Assembly: GCA_013239625.1 (NCBI GenBank)
Contig: MU053873.1
Location: 3,640,273 to 3,704,272 of the forward strand
Source of the DNA: Lama guanicoe
Taxonomy: Eukaryota
Length of the DNA stretch: 64,000 nucleotides
Reading direction: 5' to 3'
Shown here: one piece after another, positions 12,466 through 26,839 of the stretch
Position numbering within the stretch: position 1 is the first letter of the stretch
How the letters are laid out: each line of letters starts with the position of its first letter
Made by a program: the position numbers and the translations under genes
The notes under the pieces: generated by a model
What the model was told of the DNA's origin: nothing
Database searches by the model: none
The model's input: only the letters and a program-made list of their open reading frames with translations

Positions 12466-15400
12466 TGAAATCTTCAAGTACAGTTCCGTCTCGCTTTAAC
12501 TTTTTAACGCAGAAATTTCTAAAAGGAAATGTTCAGAATCTTTCCCCCGGTGACATTCTACAGAACAGACATCCTCGTTTGGCTCCCAGAGGGGGAAAAC
12601 ACAAAATGTCAGACTCCTAGGAGATAAACTGGTTTGCAAAGAAAGAGGTTTCAATTTTTTTTTTAATGTGAGTCTATTTCTGAGAGTAGGAACCAGATCA
12701 CCACCATCATCATCACCATAAATACTATTGTAAGCAAACAGAAGTGTTGCTTGTAATGGAAGGGACTAGGACTTTAACCTTCACTCACGCACTGGGTCAT
12801 TCAACACTCACTGAATGTTCACTGTGTGCCAGGCCCTATGCTGGACTCCAGTGGATACAGCAGAGGATGAGGCAGGTGAAGATGCCTGCCCTTGTGAAGC
12901 CTGTGGTCCACAGGGAGAGACGTCTGTGGAACAGCGATCAGCACTCCCATGATGGAATTCTCAAGAAATAGCAAGGAGCAACGTGGTTGGTGGAGGAGAA
13001 AGGACTCACCTGTGGGATCAAGTAGATCCATCACTCATTGGCTGTGTGATCTTGGGCAAGTCACTGCACCTCTCTGAGCCCATGATAAAGGGGCGATTAA
13101 AAAAAATACTGCTTAATGGAGGTGCTGTGTGAACCCAATGAGATGACAGAAAAAGTGCCCTGGGTGGTGCCTGGTACACAGCTAGCACTCAGCGACCAGT
13201 GATTCCTTTTCCCTTACAGAGGAAGGAGCCAGCCTGGCTGTTTCTCCCAAAGGGGCTTTGGAAAAGCTCTCTAGATATGTGGTTTTCCCAAAGAAATGCA
13301 GTATTCTAGAGGACCAAAGGAGTCTAGGTGACATCTGAGATTTCAAGTTTCAAAACAAATGTGGGAAAAGACTGGGAGAAGAGGAGACAGAGTTTACTTG
13401 AGACATTAACCAACTCAGCCTCACGGCCAGCTGAGAACCCCACTAGGGCTGGAGTCCTGGGAAGTTTTAGGTTGGGAGCCGGGCTGAACTGGCCCAAGAT
13501 TGAAAGCCTGGGGGATGCTAAGAGAAGGCAACACTGTGGCTTCTCACCAAACTAGCTGTGTGTTTGGGGAGGCTGGGGCCTTAGATGCTAAAAAAAAAAT
13601 CAAGATCTCTCAATGGAGACAGCATTGGAGCTGCAGGCTCCAGAGGTCACCAAGCCCCAGGGCCCGAGAGCGGCAAGAGGTCACTGGGCCAAACCCCTTA
13701 TAAGGAGCCGCCCGCACCCCTGGATTCTCAGAGCTGGAGGGAAACCGTGACTTGCGATGTTGCATTTGAACATCAGGCTGGAACCCAGACCTCAGCTGTG
13801 TCTGAGGCAGGCAACCTGCTCTTGGTTTCCAGCTCCATCCAGACACCTCCTCTCCCCTCACTCCTACCCCCGCCAGCCCCAGCCTATCTGGAAAACCATA
13901 TTCAACCTTCAAATGGCCCAGGAAGTCCACGCGAGGCACTTCCCCTGCAGACGCAGCACACGAGGGCACTAGGACGTCTGCACAAGGATGTTCACCACAG
14001 CGTTGTTTATGGCACACGAAACTGGAGATGATCTAAGTGTCCATCGAGAGGTGACTGGCTCCATAAACAGAGTGGGAGGGAAAATAGAAAGCCATCAGGA
14101 AGGAGCCAGACCCCCTGTGCTGATAGGGAAAGGTCTCACTGTTATGAGACAAAGAAAAATCAGGGTATAGAACACTATGTATGGTCTGATGGGTGTTAAA
14201 TAATGTGTGCGTGTGTGTGTATATCTGGAAAATACAGATATATGCACAGATAGTCTTACATATGCAGAGAATACTTCTGAAAGGAGACGCATGAATCTGT
14301 CACCAATTTCTAGGGAGGGAGAAGACTGCAGGTTGGAGGTGGCAGAGAGACTAATTTTTCTTTAGCGTGCTATGTTGGTTGCATGGTTAGAAACATTTAC
14401 TATGTCCGTGTGTGACTTTTTCAATTAGAAAAAAAACTATTTATTTATGTTCGGACATCAACTATGTTGAATTTCTTCCCGCTAAAAACGGGCCTCACCT
14501 CCCTCCAGTGTGCGGAGACACTCCTGGTATTGCACCATCACCCACATATCCATTTACATGGCGTCACCCCTCCTCGGCGGCACGGATGTGCCCGGCACTG
14601 AGCACTCACTCAGTCCTGCTAGAGGAGTCAGCGGCACCATACATAACCCGTTTATCTACTTCCATTTTCACAAGGGCGCTTCATTTTTTACCAAGTTACT
14701 ATTTATTGAGCACTGATGTCTCCAAGCCAGCCGATTTACACCCAGCACCTCACTGCACTGAGTCAGTAACTCTTGAGGCCGGCTGCCCGCAGTGGATGCT
14801 GTCGGTGCCCTGCCAGACCCCCGGGACTGGCTGGGGTACCTGCCCCCCAGGTTCTGGGGTGCTGGCTGCCACAGCTCACAGCCGCCTCTTCCTCAACAGT
14901 GGGTCCTGGCCTGTGGCGGAAGAGCTGCCCCACATTTCCAAGGTGGGGCTGACTTTGTGGCGCTGTTGGTCCCCAGAACTCCGCCAGGGATCAGGAGGAC
15001 TCAAGTTCTTGGTCACTAAATTGCGGACATATGAATCCTCGTCTCAAGTTCTGTTTCTAGGGGACCCGGCCTGAAACGCTGCCCCTCAGAATCAACCGGG
15101 GCAGACAGTTCTTTAAACACAGTTGCTGGGAATCTACCGAAATCATAACTCCAGGAGCGGGAAGCCTGAACACAGGGAGCAACAGACTTGTGGTCAAGAT
15201 AGAAAACCAGGATCCTGGATGTGTGTGTGTGGGGTGGGGGAGGGAGGCTTATAATATCCATTTCACAGATGAGAAAACTGAGGCTCAACTTAAAAGTCAC
15301 AGAGGTAGATTTGAACCCAGCTCTCCCAGACCCCAAAGCCTTGACTCTGCTCTGTTCCCACTGCTCAGCTGTGAGGGGGTTACAGACCTTGCCCAGTGTC

Positions 15401-18074
15401 AGGACAAGGTGATTTTACGGGCTGGCTTCTGAGTGGAACAGTGTCCCCGGCTTCACTGGCCTCATGCAATAACTGCCTGGAAGCCTCTAAAATAGACCGC
15501 TAACACGGTCAGGAAGCAGGGTCCCTGGGGGGTACTGTCCCTCGGCCAGCCGGTGCTGGGGCCTGGTGTGGCGCCCGGGTCCCACCAAGGCCAGCCCAGG
15601 CTGAAGGAAATACGGGAAGCGGCTCTCAGGCAGGCCTCTGGGATTTCCTGTCCACCTGTGCAGACGGGAACAACAGGAAGTCTGCTGCGGGGATGGGTGA
15701 GGGATGGAGGACGCTCCCACAAAGGTCAGGGCAGCACAGGAAGTATGTGCTGAGCACCTGCTGTATGCCTGGCCCTGTATTAGGACCAGAGAAAGGAAAC
15801 GAACAAGATCCCGAAGTCTCACTTACGTACTCCTTTGCTCATTCGTTCATGAATCCAGTTCAACAGACATTTATTGAGCGCCTACTGTGTGCCAGGCCCT
15901 ATTCTAGGAACTGGAGAAACAAGTAAGACATGTCCCTACCCTCAAGAAGTTTCACTTTTCATTCATTCATTCACATATTCATTCATTCAGTTCAACACTG
16001 AATGAGCACCCACTACAAGACTCTGGGTCAGGAACTGGAGAGACAGCGACGAACAAGGCCAGGTCCCTGATGACGAGCAGTTTCACTGGGTCATTCTTTT
16101 CATTCCCTCTTTCTTTCATTCAGCTCCAGAGACAATACTGAGCACCCACTGTGTGCCCGGCTGCGGGTACAGATGGGAAATAAGATACCTGCCATCCTGG
16201 TGGAGAGTTCACTGATGGAATGAAAGGCCACGAAGCACTGTGTTTACGTGACACGGATACAAACCAAGGCCCAGTCTCACCCCCCATTCCTTCCCTCCTT
16301 CATTTGGTGCAGTGAACATTTATTGAGTGCCTACTGTGTGCCAGGAACCCAGAGGTGCACAGGAGAGAATCTCCGTCCTTGGGGAGCCAGCCTTTCCCCC
16401 CTGCTTCACCAATTATGGGTTCAGTTCACCAGACATCCATCGGGCATCTATTGTACATCAGACCCTGGGGAGGCAGAGGAACGAGCCCCAGACCTGGCCC
16501 TGGAGGGACAGAAAAGCCGGCGAGTACGCAGGGCTGAGCCACGGCTTGGTTCCTGCGTCAGGACCAAGAGTTCCTCAAAAGCCCAGGGAGAGGCGGGCGG
16601 TCAGGGGCTTTGGACGAACCCTTCCCGGGAGCTGCGGAGGGAGAACGGGTGATGGTTTGGGGGGAACTCGGCGCACCTTGGGGAGAGAGAGAGACCACTT
16701 GAAATCAGCGCCAAGGGGAAGAACTGGGAGTGAGGAGGAGATGAATCAGACAGCTAAGTGAGAATTTTCAAGAACTCAAGGATTCTAAGTTTAGAGGAGG
16801 AAGGGAGGAAAAAAACCAAACCGGCCCACAGCTTCCGACTGCGGCATGTTCAACACCAAACTGCCGGCAGCCCCGCTGACTCCCCGGGGTCCCCCGCGCT
16901 CTCAGGCTGCAAGCTGGTGGGGGAAACATCGGGCTGCGGATCCACCACCCCCTGGGGCCGTGGGGAGGCAAACGCGGCAGGAGGAACCCGTTGGCCCAGT
17001 GCCCGGTGCATAGTAAGTGCTCAGTAAAGGTTACCTAGCAACGTCTTCCCTTCCTTCTGGCTGTCGGGGCTTTGGAACAGGGCTGCACATTCTTTGACAC
17101 TCCTCCCATTGAGAGGTGGGGTCCATGTGCTCTCCCCTCGAATCTCGGGGGGCTGGTGACTGCTTCCATCAACAGAGAACAGCAGACGGGAGGCCATGTG
17201 GCTTCTGAGGCTGCGTCCATCGTCAGGGGGGCCTTAGCTCTGGGAGCCCTGAGCCGTCACGCTGTGAGGAGGCCTGGGCTACAGCAGGTGCCTGGACCAC
17301 GGTCCCCGAGAGCCCGGTCATTGCAGGCACCAGACAGGTGCGTGAAGAAGCTCCTGGCTGGTTCCAGCCCCCAGCAGCTCGGGGCTCCCCACTGACACCC
17401 CAAATCTCACAGACCCAGTGAATATCATGGGCACAATAAACAGTGGTTGGCTTACACTGCTCTGTTTTGAAGGGGGTCCTCGTGGTGACTAAAAGCTGCC
17501 TGCCCCCTCTAGGAGGCTCTGCCGACCTGGGAAGTATGGAATAACTTTATAAACTGTAAGGTCTGGTGCACATCCCTCACTCAGGATGCAGGAGGGCTCT
17601 GCCGCCTTCTGGATCCCACTAACTCTGCGGCCCCGTAGCCAAGGCTGCCCCCGCCCCGGCTCAGCCTGGGCTCCTGGGGCTGACCTGAGCTCACGTGGCA
17701 GGTCTCTGCTTTGTCCCCGAGCTGGGACACAGGTCATCTCTCTGGGAGGAAAGGACTGGAGGACAAAGGCTGCTTTCATGGGGCCCAGGCTGCTCTCAGC
17801 AAACACAGGCGGTTGGGGGCGGGGGGGCAGGTACGCCCCTCCTGGGCAGGTGGCCAACAGGCCGGCTAGGGCCCAGGCAAGCCAGGGCAGCCCTGGGGTC
17901 TGGTTAAGTGCATTCCCTCCCCCTCTGGGGCCTTTCCAATCACACCGTAAACAAGAACAGGGCAGAGTACACAGAGGCAGAGAGGAAACACTGGGTACGT
18001 TCAACAGAATGTGAGAGGTTAAAAAAAAAAGCATCCTTAAGGAATCAAACCACATGATAAACAGAAGCTAACAT

Positions 18075-18275
18075 AGTGTGAGCTCCAAGGCCAGGCAGGC
18101 AGCACGGATCGGATCGCAGCCCCTCCGCCGAGCCGCGGTGCGATCTTCCCCAAGGGACTTAACTTCTCCCTGAGCCTCGGTTTCGTCATCTATAAAATGG
18201 GGGTAACAATACCGCCTCCCTCCCAGGGCTGCTGCGAGGATACAATGAAGTAACATAAAGTGCTCTGACTGTGGC
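18075..18275 (+). mobile_element. MIR SINE
   Basis: cttaacttctccctgagcctcggtttcgtcatctataaaatggggg core. Confidence 0.65.
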
Positions 18276-18286
18276 CCGGTGGCCAT

Positions 18287-18645
18287 GGGCCGCTGGGTTT
18301 CTCCACAACGTGTATGTTGAAGCTCTAACCCCAGATCGCAGAAGAGGATTGCATTTGAAGACAGGGCCTTTCAAAGTTGACTGAGTGAAAATGAGGCTGT
18401 GGGGATGGGCCCTAATCCCACCTGACGGGTGTCCTTACAAAAAGAGGAAATCGGGACACAGAGAGATGAGGCCACGTGGAGACAGGCCGGGGGGGGGCCC
18501 TCTGCCGCCAAGGAGAGAGGCCTCGGGACACCGAACCTGCCGACACCTTGGTCTTGGACTTCCAGCCTCCAGAGCTGTGGGAAAACAAATTCCTGTTGTT
18601 TGAGGTGCCCGGTCTGTGGTGGTCTCCAGCAGCTGCACAAACACA
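18287..18645 (+). mobile_element. MLT1-type MaLR solo LTR
   Basis: gggccctaatcc, gtgtccttacaaaaagagg, gacaccttggtcttggacttccagcctccagagctgtg motifs. Confidence 0.75.
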
Positions 18646-19959
18646 CACACCCCAACAAGCGGGAAGAGGTACAGGTATGCAAGGACATCCAGTTACTGTA
18701 TCACCACATTTCTACTGGAACTATGACATCATCTGATGTGAACAGGAATGTGCCTGCAGTTTATGAAGCTGAGCGGGTTTGATACAAAATATCGACGTGA
18801 CATTAAACAGAATACACCTGCAAATAGTTGTCCCTCCCCACCTGAGAGCCGCTACATAAAACATCAAGTTTTCTTAAAAAGAAAGCAAAGAGTTTTCTTA
18901 AGCTAGTAACTGGGGCCAGATTCCTTGGTGGCTTTCTCTCCCAGGCACTACCTCACCCCTGAGGAAGTATTTACAGTGTTCTTCTGCCTCCAAAGACACT
19001 GCAAATCTCCAGGCCTCCACACATGCTGGGCCTGACACCTGACTGTCCCTCTGCACCCCTCCCCCTGACCTGGTCCTACTCAGGCTTTAAGACCCAGCTC
19101 AGGGACCTGCCCCGAGAAGGCACTCAGTATACTTGCACAGCAGGCAACTTTGAGACAAGCCAGTGACTGTATCTCATGTGTGAAGACGCCGGGTTCGGGA
19201 GGGGGCAGCGACCCCCACAAGGTCGCTGTGCCAGGACCAGACCCCAGCATCCTGGCTCCCAGTTCAGAGGTGCCCTCCCGCTCATCCTGGCTGCCTCCCC
19301 ACTCATCCCTTCTGTCTCAGACATGGACATCGCGTGTTCCCCCAGTTTCAGACTCGCAAAGCCAAGCGCCCTCTAAGCTCTGGAAAATCCCTTTGCCCAC
19401 CAGTGACAAAAGCAGGTGGCAGAACGGGCCCTGGCCTGCACCAAGCCGTTCATTCCTCCATTGCTAGTGGACTGCAGCCAGACTTGCTCCCCCTCACCCC
19501 GCAAAGAGGTGCGGCTTCTCTCCAAGGACCGACATCCTAGGATTTAGCGAAATTTAGTAAAATTCATTTATGCTCCGTACCACACCCTGCTGTCCAGACA
19601 CTGGATTTTCCAGCTGAAATACAGCCCACTGAGACCAATTTCGGAGGCGACACAGTTTTCATGACTCCTTAGCCTTCTCTGGCCTTGGAACTCAGGCGGC
19701 AGGAGACCTGAGGCGCAGAGAGACCCCGGGCTCCAGTGTGAAAGCAACTCGGCCCCAGAAACCCAGTTCTGAGGCCTCCCTTCTGTGTGATTTTGGACGA
19801 GCTGGGTATCCCTCAGTGTCCCCATCTGTAAAATGGGGACAATCAGAGCACCTGCCTCTCTGGAGAGGGTTCCACGCGCCCAGGTGTGGAAAGTGGGTGG
19901 GTAGCTCTGCGTCTGCTTTAAAAAGGCAGCTGCTCATCAAGGGATTTGTTAGAACAGGA

Positions 19960-19973
19960 GCGCCCTCTAGTGT
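19960..19973 (-). promoter_or_regulatory. CTCF motif match
   Basis: Reverse complement ACACTAGAGGGCGC, one mismatch to CCASYAGRKGGCRS. Confidence 0.45.
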
Positions 19974-21199
19974 CTTGATCTGGAAATCACTCTGCCAGTG
20001 AGGCCCCCCAGCCCACATCTTGAATCCAGTCATTTTTGATAATACCTTTGAGAAGTGAAAAAAGATTACTGCTCCCATTTATTTAGCATTTATTATGTAC
20101 CAGCTCTCCACAATGAGATGCTGACATAATCAAATTATGCATCCCCAGATGAGAAAACTAAAGCTCAGAGACAGAAAGCCACTTGCTCAAGGTGACACAG
20201 CAGGGAAGGCTGGATTCAAATCCAGGTCTGTCTGATTCCAAAGCTCCATTCCTTACTGGATCCCTAGAAATGGGAGACTGTGCACAGTAAAAATCCTTAA
20301 GGAGAATTCAGCCCAATACTTCATTATATCAATAGAGAAACTGAGGCCCAGAGAAGGCAGGCAATTGCCTCAGGGTCACACAGCAATTACACTCCAGACT
20401 CGTGGCTCCCTGAAATGTTCTGCCCACGTGCCCACCCTCCAGAGCTTCTACCCTGCATTTATCATTCCTTTTGGCAGTCACGGTATTGGCATGTCCCTTC
20501 CAGCGGCTCTAAGCCCTGGAATGTCTGAAACCCAGCCACGGCTCCTTTGGGATGGCAAGGACTGCTAGCCTGAGAGGCCTCCATCTGAGAGCAGGGTTCA
20601 TTTCAGCCTGTCAGCGTGCAGTTCCCAGTGGCACGGGAGGGTGGCCGAGGACCAGGAAGGGGCCTTTCCAGGCCTGGGGAGTCATCAGCATCTGAGAACA
20701 GGGTTCTCTTTTCATTTTACGTCAAGGATCCTGCAAACTAACTAAGGGGTAGGGGCTGGGGGGCAGTGGTCCTGCCGGGAGGGACCGTAACAGGTGGAAA
20801 GAGTCAGAAATTGTCACAATGAGGGAGGCGGCAAGGGGAGCTAGCCTGGGTCCAGGTGAATTCCCATAAACCCCACAGTGGAAGTTAGCAGGGCCTTGTG
20901 CTTAAAAAGCTATGAGTGCCTCTCCCTGGGGGTTCAGAAATGCCGGGAAACATCCAAGGGGCTAAAGAATCTCCTGACATGGGCTTGGCATTTTAATCCT
21001 TATGGGGGGGGGGTCCTTTCAAATTCCCACAGAAGCATCTCAGCAACCTTCAGACACAGGCAGGGCAGGGATTACCTTCCATTGTACAGATGGGGAAAGC
21101 GAGGCTGGGGAAGGTTGGGGAACGTGTGATGGCACAGGGCGTCTACCACACATTTCAGGCGCCACAAGTCCGAAGCCAATCCCGAACGCCAATCTGCCC

Positions 21200-21900
21200 C
21201 ACAAGACCCTCTCCCGCTGCAGCTTTCCTAAAAGACATCAGCTGCAGCTGCATCCTTCCGACGGTCAGGCCCCAAATCCTCAGTGTCTCCATCATTCTCC
21301 TCTTTCTCTCCCGCCCACATCCAGTCCCGTGGCCTGGCCTCCAGGACAGATCCGGAATCTGCCCACTTCTCATCACCTCTTCTGCGTCCCCTGGTCTGAG
21401 CCACCGTCACCTCCCACCTGGACAACCGCGAGGCTCCTTGCTGGTCTCCCCAATTCTACCTTTGTTCAAAACCCAAGTCAGACTGTGTCCCTCTCACTCC
21501 AAGTGACCCCCCTCCCCAGCTCCATCCCCTTCAGAGCACAAAGGCAAAGTTTTTGGACTACTGCGACTGACAGGCTCTGCTTGACCTCAACAACTCCCCT
21601 CCCTACACTAGCTCTGCTGCAGCCACCCTGGCCTCCTTCCGGTTCCACTAACCTGCCTGTACATAGTTGGACCCCAGGGCCTTTGCACTGGCTGCTGCCT
21701 CTTCCCCCAAGCTTCCCTGACCTATTCCCTCCCTTCTTCCAAAGTCTTGGCTCAAACATCACCTTCTCAGGGTGACCCCCCTCTTCCCCCAGCCCCGTTC
21801 ATCCAAACCCTCCTGAGCTTTCTTTCTCGCTTACTTCCTTCCTCCCCAGAGCACCCCATCCCCCGACATACTATACGATGTTCTTGCGTATCAGGCCCAT
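21200..21900 (+). mobile_element. L2 LINE fragment
   Basis: ccagggcctttgcactggctgc, ggctcaaacatcaccttctcag motifs. Confidence 0.6.
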
Positions 21901-23679
21901 TGTTCATGGCCTGAACCCCCCAAATAGAATGTTAGTCCCCAAGGCTAATATTCTTTGACCATCTGGTTCACTTGCCCCAAACACTTACAACAGGGCCCGC
22001 CAGAGGCATTTAACTGAATTGAATTGAGGGCCCATTAGGTGTCTACACAGGTCTCAGCTGATAACGCTTGTTCAGGACCAACGAACCCTGGGCTTGCTGG
22101 CAGCACCTCAGGATGCAGGACCTCCCCTGAGGGCGATGCTATTGCTCCCACTGTACAGATGGCAAGACTGACTTTCTGAGAGGTTAAGAGATTTTCCCTG
22201 AAACCCCCCGCTCCGTAAGTAAGCAGCTAGATGGGCAGCCTGACACCAGGCCCCAGCTCGCTGCTCCGCAACTGGGTTTACAAAGGCACCCTGGGCTCGA
22301 GTTAGGAGCAGACCTCGCATGATGCAAGCTGTCTGTGGTCCAAACCTCAGCGCCGACTCCAAGGGCACAAAAATAGCCAGTTCTTCTATTTCAGCCACAG
22401 GCGTTTTAAAGCCACACCAGACCCTTAGCACAGACTGAGGCCGCCAAGATCTGAGATTCTGGAGCCACGGTGACTACTGATGGGTGTGCACTGAGCACCT
22501 ACTGTGTGCTGGGCACCGTGCAAGGGGCTGGGTGAAGACGGGCATCCTTCCTGCCCGAGGGAAGCTGTGTGCCGAAACCAAGTCCATCAGCTTCGGTGCC
22601 AGACTTCCCAAGTTCAGATCCCAGCTCCGCCCCTTCCCGGCTGTTCCGTACCAGCCGGGCACTCACCCTCCTGCAGCTCCAGCTTTTCCGTCTGTAAAAT
22701 AATAATACCCACCTCTCGGGGCTGCTGTGAGGATTAACCTCGAGGCCACGTGTGAGAGTGAGGGAGGGAGAGAGGGATGGATGTCACTGTCTCGGGACCG
22801 CCTGTCCCTCACGCAGGCCGAGTGAGGGTCAAGGGCTGAGTAAAGAAGCAGCGAGGAGGCCGGGGCGGGGGGAGGAGGGGAGAACGCCAGTCTAGCCACA
22901 CTGAGATGTCTGGACATTTTTCCATCAAAAAAAAAATCTGGTCATGGAGTCGAACGTGGGGGTGATGAAGCTTACCAGCCAACCACCAGGGAAAACAAAG
23001 TGGTTCCCCCAACATTCCATTGGAGACGGAGCCACTGAACCACAGACCCTGGCAAGGGGGCATGTGAAAGGGGCAGGAGAGGGACTCGCCACCCACAGCA
23101 CAGGGGTCCGTCCTTGGGTTCGGTCTCTGCGTCATGTAGCATCTTCCTGAAGAAGCTATCAGAAGTGATAGTCCCTGGCAACTCCCTTGGCGGTGGGCGA
23201 CACGCAGCAGGGGAAGGTGGCCAGCCGCCGGTCAGCTCCTGGGCTCTCCGGGAGGCTGCAGAAGCCCGGGGCAGGGTGTGTCTGCCATTATGTCGAAGCC
23301 CTCCCCTCTCCCCCAAAAAGGACATCTGGACAGTGAGGGCCTCCTGCAAGTCCAGTCCTGTGCCAAGGACACTACTGTCCCTTATCTTAGCTAATCCTCA
23401 GCACAACCACGTGCAGATGGGGACACAGGCTCATAGAGGCGATGTGTGACTTGCCTTTGGTGGAGCTGGGGTGCTCAGCCAGGGCTCTCCCTTCTAGAGC
23501 CCAGGGCAACACCCTTCTTTCACCCTCCACTGCACAAAACATGATACGGACAGAAAGCTTTCCTGTAGGCTGGCAAGTCACCTCAGCCTGCGGGCCTCGG
23601 TTTCCCCATCTGAGAAATGGGAAGACCAGACTCCCGTAATGAAGTGGTTAACATGACGCATGTCTCTATGAGAAGTGGT

Positions 23680-23865
23680 TGAGCAGCAAGGACCTGCTGC
23701 AGAGCACAGGGAACTACATTCAATTTCTTGTAATGAGCCACAATGGGAAAGAAACTGAAAAAAACATACCTGTGTCTCCGTATGTATATGCATAACTGAA
23801 TCGCTTTGCTGTACCCCTGAAACCAACATTGTAAACTGACTACATGTCAATTAGAAAAAAATTTA
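23680..23865 (+). mobile_element. L1 3' end, artiodactyl-type (L1_Art-like)
   Basis: CAAGGACCTGCTGCAGAGCACAGGGAACTAC...ATAACTGAATCGCTTTGCTGTACCCCTGAAAC...A tail, typical of the cetartiodactyl L1 3' UTR. Confidence 0.75.
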
Positions 23866-24932
23866 CAAATTCAAAACTAAGAGATTTAAATAAATAAATA
23901 AATAACTAAAATAACAAAGCTGGAGACCTGTCCTCAGACCCGTACAGGCCCTGACACTTCCTGGCTGGGCGACCTTAACTAAGCAGCTTAACCTCTCTGA
24001 GCCTCAGGTTCCCAATGGCAAAAATGGGGATGATAATGAGACCCCCACATGGGGTTCCGGGGTCTCATGAGGCGACAGTGAGACCCCTGTGGAAGACACC
24101 CGGCCCGGGCCCTGATGCTGTGAGCGCTCAGCAGGAGCGGTGGCGGGGAGGGCGGCCTCTGGTTGTGTTTGTTACAATCATTATTATCGTTGCAATTGAC
24201 AATCGCGAGCAACCAGCTTGGTGCTGAGGCCCCAACAAGGCCACCGGCTTTCGGACTGTCTGGCTGGGTTATCTCGGCAACAGAGGAGATTAAGTAACTC
24301 AAAAGAGCCACGGTAGGCTAGCCGCCAGCTACGGTTACTAATGATTTGAAGCAGAAACTTAATCTCCCTCCCCCATTTCCCAGCTGATGCTGGGGGAGGA
24401 ATGGGGCTTGATGGTGGGGGGGGTGTGGTTTCTGCCCCCAGAACAGAACTGCAGCTACGTGGGGACTCGGGCCGCCAACAGGAAGCCACCGACATCCCAA
24501 AGACAAATGACAAACTTCACAGAAAGCTGCTGCTGCAGCCCACGCTTGGCCCCACTTCTAAGAAACTGACTTGGGAAATAACCCAAAAGGTGAACAAAGG
24601 TTTAAGGCTGAGGATGGTTACCACCAAGTTGCGCATGTAGTTGACACCTGGGAGCAACCTGAGTGTCCAACCGCGGGAGAACGGCTGATAAATCAAGGCT
24701 GGTGACACGCGCAGGTAATTAAGCAGCCATTAAACATCCCGTTTACAGAGGGTTTCTAGGTGATGCAGGCAAGCATTCGTGGTATCAGTGGGCACATCAA
24801 GAGAGACCCTGAACTTGTGTTCACTACGATGCGTGAGAAATTTAGAGGCAAAATACAACATAGGACCCTGGATTGGATCCTGGAACAGAAAAAGGATGTC
24901 AGTGGAAAAGCTGGTGAAATCTGAATCAAGCT

Positions 24933-25150
24933 GGGGTCCTTTCTCAGCCTCACTGGACTGACGTCTGGGGCTGGGTCATTCTTGGTGGCGGTGTCCGGGG
25001 CAGGGGGCTGTCCTGTCCATTGTATGATCTTTAGTAGCATCCCCGACCTCCAGATGCCGGCAGCATGCCCCCGCCCCAGTTATTATCAAAGAAAATCAAC
25101 AGACGGTTGCTGAGTGTCTCCTGAAGGTCGGCCCTGGATGAGAACCACTG
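24933..25150 (-). mobile_element. MER20-like hAT element
   Basis: ggggctgtcctgtccattgtatgatctttagtagcatccc...tgagaaccactg. Confidence 0.65.
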
Positions 25151-26839
25151 GGATCAAGTCTGGAGTTTAGCTAACAGTACTGCACTGTGGGTGCTAACAT
25201 GGGGGGACACTGGATGCAGACTACACAGGGACCCCCCCCCTGCAACTTTTCTATAACCCTACAAGTATTCCAAGGTAAAAAAAGTTATGAAGAAGTGACC
25301 ATGAGCAGAAACCTAAGAGCAGTTAGGGACCCGGGCTGAAGGAGTGACTGGCGAATGCATATTCTTTACCCCGTGAGTCCACGGCGGGGATGGGGAGGGC
25401 CACCCCCATCAGAACCCACGCAGTAGTCCATAGTCAACTGGTCACTCTCTCCTGGGAACGAGGAAGAGCTCACATGGTCGGTGTCCCTGGCAACCATCCC
25501 CCAGCCTTAGGGGCATGCCAAAGGTCATCCCAGTATCAGAGATGCAGATGCGGTTGAAAGGGGTTTGCTGTGAATAACTAGACACCTTTTGTTACTCTTA
25601 TCGCTTAGGAAATTCCAAGGGTTTCAGGAACTCTGTACCAGAACCAGGAACAAAGGCCAAATACATATTTTTCACTATACATCACATCACAGCCTCCTGA
25701 CACGGGGCCCAGAGCCTGACACACAGGCCAGCACATCGAAGTCATCAGGACCCTGACCCTGTGGGCGGCTGAATCCCAAAATGCAAATCATCACAGGCTA
25801 CTACTTTCCAAGTTTTCTACCAACTCCATGTATCATTTTTGTAATTAAAAAATTTTTTAAAATCAATTAATGTTGCCTTACATTTATAATAATATTCAAA
25901 TGTCAAGGATCACAGGAAACAGACTGGGAGGGTCTCCGGTTTTTCAACTGCAGCAGGGGACTTGGGAGGGAGAGCAAAACTGAAGGACAATGTTTCCGAA
26001 AATTATATTTTTAGGAGCTCCGGAAAATTCCCTGGGTGAGAAGGCATCTGAAGTATTTGCAAGCATTCAGCAGGGGAAAAAATAATATTTGCCAAGTTTT
26101 TCTTATTTGGGCATTCTCAACCAGGTTCCAAATGTTCTGGAAAACTCTGGGACCCACCTGTGAGGATTCTTTGCTAAGCCCCTCTGTTTGAGGAGCCCTG
26201 GTGTATGTCACATAGACCACCATCACCTCCTGCTCGTCCCTCTGTTTTACAGATGAGGCAACAGAGGCCCAGAGAGGGGAAGCAACTTGCCCAGGGACAC
26301 ACAGCAGGTCAGTCTCAGAGTCAAAACAAAATTTGAAAAGCACTTTATACCCCACAAAGCACTTCTACGTGGGTTCCCTGCTTTTGGCATTCCACCAAAA
26401 AAGTTTTGTTTTGTTTTTTTTCCTCTGTTCCATAGAGGAGAGGGTTCCAACTTTTTACTTTTGCTCAGTAAGTTCACGGAAAGGAAAACAAAATCTATTC
26501 TTTTCATCTCAGAAAAGACAAGACGTTTTTCCATGTACACAAAGGCAAGGATATAATTTCAGAATAAAGAAGAGTCCTGAAAATCAAAGGAATGTCGTTT
26601 TCTGGAAAACTCACTAACGCGCTCCATGTTTTTCTGGCTTTTCCGAGGACTGGAGAGGGGGCCGCTGTGCCCGCTGGCCCAGGGCAGCCAGGACCCCCTG
26701 CTCTTCTAACCCGCTCTGCCTCCCAAACCAAACCCCCATCCCTCTCCCAACGCCCCCTCCTCCTTGAAACAACCACCGTTTCGCACTGGAAACAGAGACA
26801 CCGCTGGCCAGATGAGCCAGAGAGCAAAGTTGGCAGGAT

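Noticed and set aside
21002..21775. 257-aa ORF
   Set aside because: Mostly L2-derived sequence; no splice or coding support.
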